From positions 1 through 59,508 of the IMG/VR virus record IMGVR_UViG_3300049024_000030: a DNA stretch of 59,508 nucleotides; one strand, 5' to 3'. The notes under the pieces were generated by a model. It did not search any database, was not told the DNA's origin, and saw only the letters and a program-made list of their open reading frames with translations. Below, one piece after another: positions 27,119-35,044 of this stretch (within the stretch, counting starts at the first letter, position 1; every line of letters begins with the position of its first letter). The DNA comes from a virus. Taxonomy: Duplodnaviria; Caudoviricetes. Made by a program: the position numbers and the translations under genes.

Positions 27119-29836
27119 CTAATTGCCTAATTCATCCGAGACTGTCACGTTGGTTTTTATTCGATCAGAAACCGCTACTTGCGTCTTCACTCTGTCGCTT
27201 ACCAGCGCCTGCGTCTTCAACCGGTCACCGACCACAACTTGCATTTTGTCAGCGACTCCGAAGAGTCCGCCGACGAACGATCCGACCGCTGTAATCACGC
27301 CGGTGAAGGATTTAAAGATCGTCTTGAACAGTGAGCCCGCTGGCGCAATGGTTCCGGTAAAACTCCGAATAAATGCCGCCGTCTTCGTCAGCGTCCCCGC
27401 CAGCGTAATCAAGCCTACAAAACTCTTGATATTTATTTTGCTAAAGACTCCTGCGGGCGTGATCGTGGCGACGAAGTTACGGACAATGACCTTAAATGCG
27501 ACGAAAGCTCCCACCGGCGTGATTGTTCCCGTATAGGTTCGCAGTCGAGTGGCGGCGCTTGATAGCAACCCCGCCGGAGTGATCGTCGCGGTGTAAGCGC
27601 GAATCAGGCTTGCCGCGCGGGACAATGCGCCAACCGGAGTAATGGTCGCCGTATAGGCGCGAATAATGCTCGCCGCCTTGCTGAGCGATCCGGCGGGAGT
27701 AATCGTCGCGGTGAAGAACCTGATAACCGCCTTGATATTGATAAGCGCGCCGGCGGGAGTGATGGTTGCCGTGAACGCTTTGAAGATTAGCTTTGTGGAC
27801 GCAAGCAGTCCTGACGGCGTAATGGTCGCCGTGAATGTCAGCAATCGGGTGACGGAGTTTGAAAGTAATCCCGATGGCGTAATCGTCGCTATATAGCTTC
27901 GAATAAGACTCGCGGCGCGGGACAATGCGCCCGCCGGGGTGATCGTTCCAGCGAAGGGTTTTTGCACCTGCCTTGCCAGCGCCCCCGCCGGAGTGATTGT
28001 CGCTGTAAAGTTCAGCGTTGTACCGCCACCCGCCGTCACCCCCGGAACCTGAAACTCCAACCACGACACCTGAGCGGCGACAGAGGGGAAAGGCTCAGGC
28101 TTGAGCGCGATCATTATCCCGGTGTTCACGCTGTTAGTGAAGGTTCCACCAGAAACGGTAGTAGAGGGATTTTCGCTGCCTGTGCCTGACAGCGCCTTAT
28201 GCCAGCCGCACAGCATCGCGTCGTTGCCGGTAGTAGTTCCAGAAACGCCGATAGCCGTATACCCGGTCGGCAGCGACGCGGTCGTCGGGTCATCTTCGTA
28301 TGCTCCGAAGAAGGCCACTCTACAATTCGCAACTGTTGTTGTGATGTTGCTGGATGCAATCGTCGCAGAAGCAGCATTCGCCGATCTGCTGTTCACATCC
28401 CAAGGATCGCCAGTAGTTATACAGCCACGAAAACCATATATACGAGCGATACGAACCGCAGTAGACGTGCTCGCTGTTATTGAGGGAGCGGTGTCCCCAA
28501 CCTGTGCCCTTCTCCACCAGACCACAACTCGTTGCGCAGACGTGTTATTACCGCTGAGCGCGGCTATTCTGGTCCAACCCGCGGGATCGTTGAAATCTGT
28601 GTTGCTCGAATGATGAGCAACCATTATGAAAATATCGTCAGCCTGGAAACTTGCGGGTAGACCGGGGCTGATTCCCGTACTCGCTGTGGCAGTATTTGCA
28701 GCAGTCCCTGCTGCGGTAAATGTTGGCGCCGTCGGCGTCTGGGTGTTTTGATTGGCGCGGATTTCGACGCGCAAATCCGAATAATCCGTGACCGCGTCCG
28801 CTTCGCCGCCGGTGAGCGTGCGAGTAACGATCTCGAACGCCGCGTCGCTGATATTCGTGTCATCCGTCCATGAAGCGATTTGGGTTGCGCCTTGAAGCAA
28901 CCGATATCGCATATCAATCTGATTCGATGAACTGGCGGATTTCTTGCGGCGGACACGAAGAACATGGCCGCCGGATGCGGATGGGTCGGTCAGGTTCGAT
29001 AACGACAATTCACAGATGTCATTACTTGGCCCGGACGCTGAGGTAATAAAATCGCTGTCGTCCGGCCCCGCCTCGTCCACCTTGCTGAAAAGCGTTGTAC
29101 TTGTCCAACCTCCCGCCGACACATCGCCGTCAGGCCGCGCTATCTGCGAAGGCGCGCCGGAGAGAATGAAGGTCCGCCTCGATCCCTGCTTCCACGGTAT
29201 GGGCGGGCCATCCTCGATAGTCAGCGCGCCGTTGATGGTGAGATTGCGGCCGTTACCGGAATAGTCAATGGCGCAGTCAGCGACTGCCTTATCCGCCATT
29301 GGATACCACGCCCAGAGATTAGCCAATCTCACCGGCGCAATCTGTCTTAGCTGCTGCTGTATTTCCGCGTCCGACAGCGCGGCCTCGTAGATCAGAAAGC
29401 TTGCTATCCTGCCGTTAAATGCGTTGCTGAAGTGGGAACTGCCAATGAAAAACCGCGTGGCTGTAAACGACCCGGATTTCGTAAATGACGCGTCAACCAC
29501 GCCGTCCAGATAGACAACAATATCGTTGCCGCTATGGACGAAAGCGACATGGCTCCAGGTGTCGAGCGAGATAGCCGAACCCGCATCGCTCGAATCAACA
29601 TCATTGTAGTTGGTTTCGACGTACACCAAACCATTGCCGCCGCTGGTTTGTATCCCGACTGAGTGATATTCGCCATCCACCGCGCCCGCAATCGCAAACC
29701 AATCGCCAAGGTTGAAGCCGCCAGCTCCGGTCAGTACGGCCTGATTGATCCACGCCATTGTGGTCAGCGTCGCCTGGCTGGGTAGACTGGCGGTGCGACT
29801 GAAGAAATCAGTTGAGTTATCGAAGCGGACGCTCAT
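27119..29836 (-). CDS. LamG/ConA-like domain fibre protein with C-terminal tandem repeats
   Basis: DTWSHVAFV...VYLDGV...FNGRIASFLIYEAALSDAEIQQ LamG signature; 13 repeats of 18-20 aa. Confidence 0.8.
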   Translation of the reverse strand: MSVRFDNSTDFFSRTASLPSQATLTTMAWINQAVLTGAGGFNLGDWFAIAGAVDGEYHSVGIQTSGGNGLVYVETNYNDVDSSDAGSAISLDTWSHVAFVHSGNDIVVYLDGVVDASFTKSGSFTATRFFIGSSHFSNAFNGRIASFLIYEAALSDAEIQQQLRQIAPVRLANLWAWYPMADKAVADCAIDYSGNGRNLTINGALTIEDGPPIPWKQGSRRTFILSGAPSQIARPDGDVSAGGWTSTTLFSKVDEAGPDDSDFITSASGPSNDICELSLSNLTDPSASGGHVLRVRRKKSASSSNQIDMRYRLLQGATQIASWTDDTNISDAAFEIVTRTLTGGEADAVTDYSDLRVEIRANQNTQTPTAPTFTAAGTAANTATASTGISPGLPASFQADDIFIMVAHHSSNTDFNDPAGWTRIAALSGNNTSAQRVVVWWRRAQVGDTAPSITASTSTAVRIARIYGFRGCITTGDPWDVNSRSANAASATIASSNITTTVANCRVAFFGAYEDDPTTASLPTGYTAIGVSGTTTGNDAMLCGWHKALSGTGSENPSTTVSGGTFTNSVNTGIMIALKPEPFPSVAAQVSWLEFQVPGVTAGGGTTLNFTATITPAGALARQVQKPFAGTITPAGALSRAASLIRSYIATITPSGLLSNSVTRLLTFTATITPSGLLASTKLIFKAFTATITPAGALINIKAVIRFFTATITPAGSLSKAASIIRAYTATITPVGALSRAASLIRAYTATITPAGLLSSAATRLRTYTGTITPVGAFVAFKVIVRNFVATITPAGVFSKINIKSFVGLITLAGTLTKTAAFIRSFTGTIAPAGSLFKTIFKSFTGVITAVGSFVGGLFGVADKMQVVVGDRLKTQALVSDRVKTQVAVSDRIKTNVTVSDELGN
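27140..28012 (-). repeat. coding tandem repeats: ~13 x [FY]TATITP[AVS]G (mostly 60 nt), then ~4 x VSDR.KT (30 nt)
   Basis: Read from the translation of 27119-29836. Confidence 0.85.
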
Positions 29837-29839
29837 CGA

Positions 29840-30343
29840 TTATGTATCGGAATAGGAAAGCCTTGCGGCGAGTAGAATCGCGTCCCCTGTCATCGTGTCG
29901 CCGCCGGCGTCCGCGTCGCGGTAGATTCGCAGGAAAACCACATCATCGGCCGCGAGTGAATCCAGGTTCGAAATGACGATATCGGCAGAGTGAACGCGCT
30001 GGCCGGTCGTGCCAAGGTGGGTATCGGTGAAAGTGTTCGCCGTGGCAAGAGAATCGGTTTCGACATCCTGCGTATCGGTGTTCGGCGTGATCGCCGCGAT
30101 TGCCGCGCCCCAAATGACATCCCCGCTACTGGCCGTGTCGGCGTACCAATATACCGTCAGCGTCAGATTTCCGCTGCCGTAATTTGTCGCAATAAACTTC
30201 CAGAATGCCGCCTCTTCCGTCGCTGCGTCGTATGCGAGGCCCGCCACGGGAAACGCGCTCCCATTCACCTTTGAAAGTTGTGGGAAGTTCGCGGCTAAAA
30301 ACTGCGCCTCTTCCGGCAGGAAAAGATTAAATATATTGGCCAT
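29840..30343 (-). CDS. beta-sandwich virion accessory protein
   Basis: Acidic beta-rich ORF (LRIYRDADAGGDTMTGDA); TAATG coupling to the previous gene. Confidence 0.65.
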   Translation of the reverse strand: MANIFNLFLPEEAQFLAANFPQLSKVNGSAFPVAGLAYDAATEEAAFWKFIATNYGSGNLTLTVYWYADTASSGDVIWGAAIAAITPNTDTQDVETDSLATANTFTDTHLGTTGQRVHSADIVISNLDSLAADDVVFLRIYRDADAGGDTMTGDAILLAARLSYSDT

Positions 30344-30597
30344 TACGCTCCCGCTCCCCAACGACGAAATACGACGTAATTCAGCAGCGCCGCTTTTTGC
30401 GCCGTGGATAGCGCTGTCCTTGCCGCCACCGGGAAGGCGTTGTTGATCGCCGTCGCGTTGTTGTTGAGAAAATCATCGATCGCGTTGACGGCGGCCTGTA
30501 AGTCTGCCTTCGTCAGCGCGCCGGTGATCGTCTCTTCGTTCTCCCGCATCCACTGCGCCCATACGGCGATGCGGTCATTTGTGGATAAAACAGCCAT
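30343..30597 (-). CDS. hypothetical protein
   Basis: RBS GGAGGT; translational coupling to the next gene. Confidence 0.7.
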   Translation of the reverse strand: MAVLSTNDRIAVWAQWMRENEETITGALTKADLQAAVNAIDDFLNNNATAINNAFPVAARTALSTAQKAALLNYVVFRRWGAGA

Positions 30598-30602
30598 ATG
30601 CT

Positions 30603-31052
30603 TTACCTCCTAACTCCGATTAGTATCGCGACTATTGCAGCGGTTCCCGCCACTACCGCGAATTTCTTATAGAAGCTAGCCTTCTTTTCTAAGCTTGCGA
30701 TTCTTTTCTTCTGGACTTCTATTTGCTCAACCGCCGCCGCTTTCGCCTCGCGTTCGGCTGAAATCACGGTTTCGAGTTCCTGTGCTTTCGCTTCGCTCAA
30801 CATTTGCAACTTCCGCAGCGAATCGAGTTGCTGTTGAGCGAGTTGAATTCGCGCGTCACTCGCGGCGATTTGTGATTCATAGCCAGCAATCAACTCCCGC
30901 GCCGCCTTCAGTTCGCGCGCGGCGGCGGTACAGGCCCGCGCCAATCCGTCGCATTTATTTGCATTCGTATCCGATTGCGGCCAGCTCGCGGCAAGCGGAT
31001 TCGACGGAAACAGGAGTAGCGGGATCAATAGGAACGTAGCGCACCGTTTCAT
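30603..31052 (-). CDS. secreted coiled-coil protein with C-terminal TM (spanin-like)
   Basis: Signal peptide, coiled coil and hydrophobic C-terminus ending GVRR; overlaps the 3' end of 30955-31401. Confidence 0.6.
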   Translation of the reverse strand: MKRCATFLLIPLLLFPSNPLAASWPQSDTNANKCDGLARACTAAARELKAARELIAGYESQIAASDARIQLAQQQLDSLRKLQMLSEAKAQELETVISAEREAKAAAVEQIEVQKKRIASLEKKASFYKKFAVVAGTAAIVAILIGVRR

Positions 31053-31401
31053 AGGTTTCCTTGAGAATTTTGGTTTTACCCTGCGCGGCCTTGAGCGCGG
31101 CGTCGAGAGTTTTGGCCTGCTTTTTCAGTTCTTCGCCCCTTGCCGTTTCCGCCGCCATTTCCTTTTCGAGTTCGGCCTTGCGCGCTTCAGCCGCGGCAGC
31201 CCTGTCTTCGGCGTCGCGGCGTTGCTTTTCGAGCGCCTGGACGCGCTTCTCGTATTGCCAGCTCTGTATCTTTTCGACGGCGGCGAAGATCAGCAAGACG
31301 GCGAGCAATATCGCGGCAAGGATCAGCGCGAAACGGATCAGCCTGGCGCGGTTTTCCCATGCCCATTGGCGGACGCGAAATAGAAAGTTACTCCACATCA
31401 T
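30955..31401 (-). CDS. i-spanin (Rz)-like membrane protein
   Basis: N-terminal TM, periplasmic coiled coil and Cys near the C-terminus. Confidence 0.65.
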   Translation of the reverse strand: MMWSNFLFRVRQWAWENRARLIRFALILAAILLAVLLIFAAVEKIQSWQYEKRVQALEKQRRDAEDRAAAAEARKAELEKEMAAETARGEELKKQAKTLDAALKAAQGKTKILKETYETVRYVPIDPATPVSVESACRELAAIGYECK

Positions 31402-31805
31402 GCGGCCTCCGACTTTGGCAGCGGGACGATTGTCAGAATCACGTACAGCCGATCCGATTTCTTGATCGGGAACAGCGTGATCGCTACCGGAAACTGATTG
31501 CCGCCGAGCGCTTGCGCCCGCAGTTTCATCTGCCCGTGGCCCATCGCGCGCGAATGCGGGTTTTTCTGATAACCGGCGACGTGCCTGGCGTGGCGCTCGC
31601 GGAGTTCGGACGGAATCAACCGTTCGAATGGCATCCCGCCTAATCCGTTCTCGACCTGGCATTCGAATAATTTTTCCGCGTGGCTCGTCGCGTAAATTAT
31701 TCTTCCCGTGGCCGTGTCGACCGCGAGCGCGGCCGTGCTGTCCGCCACCTTCTGCCTGAATTCACTCTCGCTCAGAAGTAATTGCGCGTTTAAAAAATCT
31801 TCCAC
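31398..31805 (-). CDS. stand-alone PAS domain protein (FixL-like)
   Basis: GRIIYATSHAEKLF, LIPSELRERHARHVAGY, RAMGHG..LRAQALGGNQFPVAITL; GTG start overlaps the previous TAG. Confidence 0.85.
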   Translation of the reverse strand: MEDFLNAQLLLSESEFRQKVADSTAALAVDTATGRIIYATSHAEKLFECQVENGLGGMPFERLIPSELRERHARHVAGYQKNPHSRAMGHGQMKLRAQALGGNQFPVAITLFPIKKSDRLYVILTIVPLPKSEAA

Positions 31806-32179
31806 TATTTGCCCCCCGTCAGTTGTACAACCGCGAGCCATATCCCCAGGATGAGCGAAACGAGGGTGAGCAGCGCCACAATCGCCTTAAGCTGCTTGAT
31901 TTGTCCTTCAAGCTCGCGTTCGACGATTTCAAGGCGCTTATCGTGCGCCTCGATCCTGGCGGGAAGATTGCGATCTATTTCAAGCGCCTGAGTTCGAATC
32001 ATATATTCCTTGAACGCCGCGATCTGCTTGCTCAGATCGTCGAACTTGGCGTTGAGATCGTCTCTAACCGACAGAACGACTTTGTACACAAGGTGCAGTT
32101 CGTCCACGTTGTCATCCTGAGTCACCATGTCCCGTAGGTCTCGGGGGAGTCGCTGGAACTGGTCATTTTTGGTGTTCAC
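31805..32179 (-). CDS. coiled-coil plus C-terminal TM protein (XhlA/holin-like)
   Basis: RIEAHDKRLEIVE coiled coil followed by one TM; start is GTG 32179 or ATG 32128. Confidence 0.6.
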   Translation of the reverse strand: MNTKNDQFQRLPRDLRDMVTQDDNVDELHLVYKVVLSVRDDLNAKFDDLSKQIAAFKEYMIRTQALEIDRNLPARIEAHDKRLEIVERELEGQIKQLKAIVALLTLVSLILGIWLAVVQLTGGK

Positions 32180-32187
32180 GAATCGGG

Positions 32188-32214
32188 AGCGTAAGGCAAA
32201 GAAAGGCTTTATTT
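32188..32214 (-). promoter_or_regulatory. putative late promoter AAATAAA-N14-TACGCT
   Basis: Same motif. Confidence 0.6.
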
Positions 32215-32496
32215 TGAGCGCATTTCTTCTTTTAACTGCTCGACAGTCGAACCGGCGGGAAGGTTCAGCGCGGTTATCAGCTTTTCCATGTGCAACTTGG
32301 CGATGATGAACTTTTCCACGAGCGACCACGCGATGGCCGCGACCGCGACAGGCAATAGCGCCACAACCTGGCTACTTGTGGATTCGTCAATCACCTTGCG
32401 AGATACGAGCCAGGTCAAGCCGGTCACCAATAGATTTCTGGCGACGCCGGAGAAGAGCGCGATCAATGAGGAACGGATGATTGAAGGAACGTCCAT
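32209..32496 (-). CDS. holin-like two-TM protein
   Basis: 95 aa, two hydrophobic segments, charged C-terminus; first gene of the late region. Confidence 0.65.
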   Translation of the reverse strand: MDVPSIIRSSLIALFSGVARNLLVTGLTWLVSRKVIDESTSSQVVALLPVAVAAIAWSLVEKFIIAKLHMEKLITALNLPAGSTVEQLKEEMRSK

Positions 32497-32502
32497 GGCG
32501 CG

Positions 32503-32528
32503 ATTATCTGGAAAGGCAGGGTTTATTT
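32503..32528 (-). promoter_or_regulatory. putative late promoter AAATAAA-N13-GATAAT, leaderless to ATG 32496
   Basis: The -10 element ends 6 nt before the ATG. Confidence 0.65.
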
Positions 32529-32533
32529 TGATG

Positions 32534-32563
32534 AAAAGGGCGCCGCTCAGCCTTCGGCGCCCT
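32534..32563 (-). terminator. intrinsic terminator at the early/late boundary
   Basis: AGGGCGCCG-N9-CGGCGCCCT-TTT on the minus strand. Confidence 0.7.
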
Positions 32564-32643
32564 ATCGTGTCAGTAATGGAGGTTATGAAGTAATGGCCGG
32601 CAATGGGTGAATGCTATACGAGTCCGAATGAATATTTACGCGA

Positions 32644-33558
32644 TCAGAAATCCGCCTCTCGATAACCCGTTCGCGCCTGCCCCCTTGCCCCTGGCGCGCG
32701 TTCCTTCTCGAATGATTCCAGCTTCCCGACTTCGCAAAGCCGATTAAGCCACACCTGAACATAAATCCGATCCCGCTTCATCCTGGCCGCGATCTGATCG
32801 CATTCGTCGTAACCCTGGCGAAGTAGTTCATAAATCGTCACTTCCACCGTCTGGGGCGGAAGGGTGAGTTCGTATTGAATTTCTTCGACATAGCCATTTA
32901 TTAAGTTTTGCAGTCGTGGCGCGGCGGTAATCATCTGGCGGCAGGCCACTTGAAAACCTTCCCACGCCGCGGTTACTTCAGGATCATCGCAGAGCGCCGG
33001 GACTGTCGTATCCAATGGCGGTGTTTTCTCTTCTTCAAGCATTCGTCGAGCATCCCTTGTCGAGAAGTAGGGATTGTCGGACTTTTGGCGAGCGAATTTT
33101 TCAATCGTCCCCCATGGATCATCGGTATGGTAGGCGAGCCGATAGAATTCCTTTTGGCGCAAGTGCTGAAGAGAGCCGTTTTCAATCTCTCTAGTCTTGG
33201 CGCCAAGACTAGAGAAAAACGTCTCGTGAATGCCCGCGTTCTCATATACCAGCTTCGGCGAAACGGCGCAGAGATCGGCGTATTCCTGCACGGCCCTTGC
33301 CACCTGCTGGCCCTCGAGATCGTATCGTCCCCTGGCGCCCCTTGGCTGCGAGCGCCGCGCAACTTCAGCGTCACAGGCGCACTCGACACGCCACGACATA
33401 TAGCCGAGCGATTCCACCTGCTGGCGAATTTCCAATACTCGGTCGTCCGCCGTCTCAGGCAGTTCGGAAATAAGCCTGTCCGCCATCGCTTCAACGCTAT
33501 TGAAAAATCCGATTGCCGTTGACGCAATCGCTTGTGAGGGAGTTGAAATTGCTGTCAT
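32644..33558 (-). CDS. DNA-binding protein with C-terminal winged HTH (candidate late activator)
   Basis: IAARMKRDRIYVQVWLNRLCEVGKLE wHTH; last early gene before the late promoters; RBS AGGAGA. Confidence 0.6.
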   Translation of the reverse strand: MTAISTPSQAIASTAIGFFNSVEAMADRLISELPETADDRVLEIRQQVESLGYMSWRVECACDAEVARRSQPRGARGRYDLEGQQVARAVQEYADLCAVSPKLVYENAGIHETFFSSLGAKTREIENGSLQHLRQKEFYRLAYHTDDPWGTIEKFARQKSDNPYFSTRDARRMLEEEKTPPLDTTVPALCDDPEVTAAWEGFQVACRQMITAAPRLQNLINGYVEEIQYELTLPPQTVEVTIYELLRQGYDECDQIAARMKRDRIYVQVWLNRLCEVGKLESFEKERAPGARGQARTGYREADF

Positions 33559-33635
33559 TGTTCTCCTGGTACTGCTGTTATGGGAAAGCGCCGGCGCGTC
33601 CGGCGCGTTAGGTGATACGTTGGGGCGCGCGGTAA

Positions 33636-33730
33636 AACGTTGCGTTGAATTGCGAAGCGCCGAGGCGCAGCGCGATGCCCGGCATGAAGTAGCCCTGCAT
33701 CGCCCGAAGATGCAGCGCGTTACCCGACAC
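33636..33730 (-). repeat. 5-nt periodic array D (19 units) with conserved tail; putative guide-like ncRNA
   Basis: tgt CG ggt AA cgc GC tgc AT ctt CG ggc GA tgc AG ggc TA ctt CA tgc CG ggc AT cgc GC tgc GC ctc GG cgc TT cgc AA ttc AA cgc AA cgt T. Confidence 0.85.
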
Positions 33731-34240
33731 TTAACCCGCCTTCCGCTTGCTCAATAGATCAATAATCCCGCCCGTCGAAAGCTTACCGTCATCCGGCGCG
33801 GCCTCGTGTATCTTCTTCGCCTCTTTCTCTCGCGCCCAATTCTTGAGAGTGTTGGCGAAGGCGCGGTTCGTATTAACCTCTTTCTGTTCCTCCTTGCCCA
33901 ATTTCTCAATTGGGACAAATCCCAGTTTCCTCTCGATGTCCCCGGCGGCTTTTCGAATCCGCTTTCTGCCAATCAACGGCACAGCCTTGCTGTAATCGGA
34001 TTCCGTGACGCGCTGAATGCCGGAAGTCCGCATTACACTGAAGAATATGCTTTCTTCGCGGGCTAGATACCTGACGGCACTATCGAGAACATGGCGCGCC
34101 TCTTTCTGAACATTGCGCCCGATCAGTTCAGACAATTCGCGATAAGTCGCGCTGGCGCTGTAGTCCAGTTCGCGAAGTTTTTCGATCAGCATTTGAGTGT
34201 CGAGACTAAGCTTGAATTCTGGCCTAATATTCTTTTCCAT
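33731..34240 (-). CDS. basic winged-helix protein, partner of the Cas7-like gene
   Basis: RBS AAGGAG before ATG 34240; TYRELSELIG...AVRYLAREESIFF..GIQRV wHTH-like; flanked by arrays on both sides. Confidence 0.75.
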   Translation of the reverse strand: MEKNIRPEFKLSLDTQMLIEKLRELDYSASATYRELSELIGRNVQKEARHVLDSAVRYLAREESIFFSVMRTSGIQRVTESDYSKAVPLIGRKRIRKAAGDIERKLGFVPIEKLGKEEQKEVNTNRAFANTLKNWAREKEAKKIHEAAPDDGKLSTGGIIDLLSKRKAG

Positions 34241-34257
34241 AAATCTCCTTAAAGTAG

Positions 34258-34332
34258 AAACGTTGCGTTGAAGAGCCTCGCGGGGCGGTGAGCAGCGACG
34301 TGATGTGCAGCGACGCGCAGCCCCACCGGGCA
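34258..34332 (-). repeat. 5-nt periodic array C (15 units)
   Basis: tgc CC ggt GG ggc TG cgc GT cgc TG cac AT cac GT cgc TG ctc AC cgc CC cgc GA ggc TC ttc AA cgc AA cgt TT. Confidence 0.85.
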
Positions 34333-34361
34333 TTGGCAAATCTAAAAATGTAAAAGAGCGA

Positions 34362-34446
34362 AAACGTTGCGTTGAAGTGCGTTACCGCGCCGGGCGCAAC
34401 AGCGCGCTGCACAGCCAAGCACTGCGGTGCGGGGCCTCGCGGCGCT
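34362..34446 (-). repeat. 5-nt periodic array B (17 units)
   Basis: agc GC cgc GA ggc CC cgc AC cgc AG tgc TT ggc TG tgc AG cgc GC tgt TG cgc CC ggc GC ggt AA cgc AC ttc AA cgc AA cgt TT. Confidence 0.88.
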
Positions 34447-35010
34447 CTAAGCCTCTTGCCAGTCCACCTTATTCACCTTGAACCGGCCATAAAATCCGTT
34501 TTGGCGCGGACGGAAACGCCCTAATCCGATCAAGTTCCCCGCCGCCTCCAGATGTGCCGTGAAAACATCCTGAGTAATCAGCTCGTCCACGATGTAGAAA
34601 ACCACTGTCACTTTCCATGCGGGAATCAGCGGGTAACACTTCCAAACCCTCTTACCTGATCCGCGCTTACCGTCGGCGGGCAAGAACAACCATTCGCCTT
34701 GGACTTCCTCTTTCTTGATGGGCAACACTGGCCCCTCAGTAACCAGAATCCCAGCCTCGAAGTTTTTGGTATATGTCGCCTTCCCTTTTCCCGGCACCTG
34801 AACGCTGAGAAATTTCGCGATCTCCGCTATACAATTTTTAAACGCCATCGGCGGCATAAATACGTAGCCATCAGCGTTGACGTGCAGCCGGTCGCGCCAT
34901 GTCCGCTCTTCGTAATCTTTCGGCAGTTCCCTATCCTTCTTCGGCGTCGTGTAATTCTTGGATTGTGAATACTGTGAAGTGCTTTCAAGTTCGCACGTTG
35001 CAATGATCAT
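34447..35010 (-). CDS. stand-alone Cas7/Csm3-like RAMP protein
   Basis: N-terminal beta strand (ATCELESTSQY), VFMPPMAFKNCI (compare the RAMP IPGSSLKG region) and a C-terminal G-rich loop GLGRFRPRQNGFYGRFKV; RBS AGGAGA. Confidence 0.8.
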   Translation of the reverse strand: MIIATCELESTSQYSQSKNYTTPKKDRELPKDYEERTWRDRLHVNADGYVFMPPMAFKNCIAEIAKFLSVQVPGKGKATYTKNFEAGILVTEGPVLPIKKEEVQGEWLFLPADGKRGSGKRVWKCYPLIPAWKVTVVFYIVDELITQDVFTAHLEAAGNLIGLGRFRPRQNGFYGRFKVNKVDWQEA

Positions 35011-35044
35011 ATCGGGTCTCCCTTTTGTTGGTTGTTAATAGTTA

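Noticed and set aside
34241-34446. ORFs over the arrays (N-terminal extension 34339-34241, 34224-34418, 35025-35321, 33500-33757)
   Set aside because: These are Arg/Ala/Cys-rich translations of period-5 DNA. The real start with an RBS is at 34240.
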